Shown here in pieces: positions 63,396 to 64,000 of a stretch of DNA of 64,000 nt. The stretch's first letter is position 1. Every line of letters starts with the position of its first letter. The stretch comes from Desulfatibacillum sp. (lineage in GTDB: Bacteria > Desulfobacterota > Desulfobacteria > Desulfobacterales > SpSt-501). A model generated the notes under the pieces. It was not told the origin of the DNA, searched no databases, and saw only the letters and a list, made by a program, of their open reading frames with translations. A program made the translations under genes and the position numbers. The DNA lies in the NCBI GenBank assembly GCA_020725555.1, contig DYEU01000026.1, forward strand, positions 115,693 to 179,692, read 5' to 3'.

Positions 63396-64000
63396 ATGCA
63401 GCTTCTCTCCTGTCCCGGGTTTGCCGCGGCCGGTCTCGCCGCGGGGATCAAGAAGAACGGCCGCAAGGACCTCGGCCTGATCTTCTGCGAGCGGCCGGCC
63501 GCGGTGGCCGGCCTGTTCACGCGCAACCGCGTCCAGGCGGCGCCCGTCCGCCTCGATCGCGAACGGATCCCACGCGGGCGCTGCCGGGCCGTGATCGTGA
63601 ACAGCGGCAACGCCAACTGCTGCACCGGCGAGGAAGGCGACCGCCGCGCGCGGCGCATGGCCCGGGCCGCCGCCCAGGCCCTCGGGGTCGCCGAGGAAGA
63701 GGTCCTCGTCGCCTCGACGGGGGTGATCGGCGAGCCGCTGCCGATCGACTGCATCGAGCAGGCGGCCCCGGCGCTCGCCGCGGCGCTCAGGCCGGAGGGG
63801 ATCGCCGATTTCGCCGAGGCGATCCTGACCACCGACCGGGTGCCCAAGGGGGTCTCCGTGGAGCGGGAAACGGCGTCGGGCCGCTTCCGGCTGACCGGCG
63901 TCGTGAAGGGGGCGGGGATGATCCGCCCGGATCTCGCCACCCTGCTCTGCTTTCTCCTGACCGATCTCGCGGCCGAGGCGGAGGCCCTGCGGCCCCTGCT
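63396..64000 (+). CDS. argJ: Bifunctional ornithine acetyltransferase/N-acetylglutamate synthase ArgJ, N-terminal ~201 codons (runs off the right edge)
   Basis: Not in the track (no stop). ATG 63396 behind AAAGGAAGG. Own translation MQLLSCPGFAAAGLAAGIKKNGRKDLGLIF...VNSGNANCCTG...STGVIGEPLP...KGAGMIRPDLATLLCFLLTD (autoproteolytic A-T-L-L site). Confidence 0.9.
   Translation, partial: MQLLSCPGFAAAGLAAGIKKNGRKDLGLIFCERPAAVAGLFTRNRVQAAPVRLDRERIPRGRCRAVIVNSGNANCCTGEEGDRRARRMARAAAQALGVAEEEVLVASTGVIGEPLPIDCIEQAAPALAAALRPEGIADFAEAILTTDRVPKGVSVERETASGRFRLTGVVKGAGMIRPDLATLLCFLLTDLAAEAEALRPL

Overview
Very GC-rich (by eye about two thirds G+C or more; not computed), densely coding 64-kb chromosomal window. 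It holds about 70 supportable genes and one tRNA. I saw no rRNA, CRISPR array, transposase or integrase.

Layout, left to right:
- uvrA 5' end (minus), a ~660-bp spacer with the strongest AT island of the window (candidate oriC), then dnaA.
- Minus-strand operon rpsF-rpsR-DUF2232-rplI-dnaB-hflX-suhB.
- A glycerate kinase / C39-like peptidase pair, an SLT transglycosylase behind a sigma54-like promoter, and an aminotransferase.
- A short-chain fatty-acid activation locus: tetR-acs-SSS permease-28-aa peptide-prpE.
- An unusual signalling module directly attached to that locus. It has a stand-alone receiver translationally coupled to a membrane HAMP/PAS/pseudo-kinase fused to an intact DEDDh 3'-5' exonuclease. 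It also has a convergent SLC5-fused (CbrA/CrbS-like) histidine kinase with a DUF3311-like leader ORF, and a divergent 2xcNMP-2xCBS-DUF294 nucleotidyltransferase. This is my best candidate for an undescribed system.
- tetR | trpB2-Cys-rich ORF-serA, a transglutaminase-like gene, and an AbrB/DUF2080-like + GNAT pair.
- About 0.6 kb of non-coding DNA with terminator-like hairpins, then tRNA-Lys(CTT).
- Operon cca(DHH/CBS-fused)-trpS-scpA-scpB-degenerate Tpt1/KptA.
- pilC-pilS, then lysS behind a structured ~210-nt leader.
- lolCE-lolD-bamA-skp-fabZ-trm112-like-DUF4416-yicC-remA-gmk-rlmB-comF-pgeF-pyrK-like.
- atpZ-atpI-atpB-atpE.
- Minus-strand operon (dual-CxxC mini-ORF with an in-frame TGA)-AEC permease-truA-aminotransferase, and the argJ 5' end at the right edge.

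Gene content (split atpZIBE operon, DUF4416, PilC/PilS, DUF2232 inside the rpsF operon) suggests a Desulfobacterota/Thermodesulfobacteriota-like organism; this is inference only. All functional calls come from my own motif recognition in the supplied translations and my own reading of the DNA; no database search was run. Many long ORFs in the track are antisense or out-of-frame artefacts of the high GC content and were discarded. The track treats GTG/TTG as starts, so several 5' ends were re-trimmed by me.
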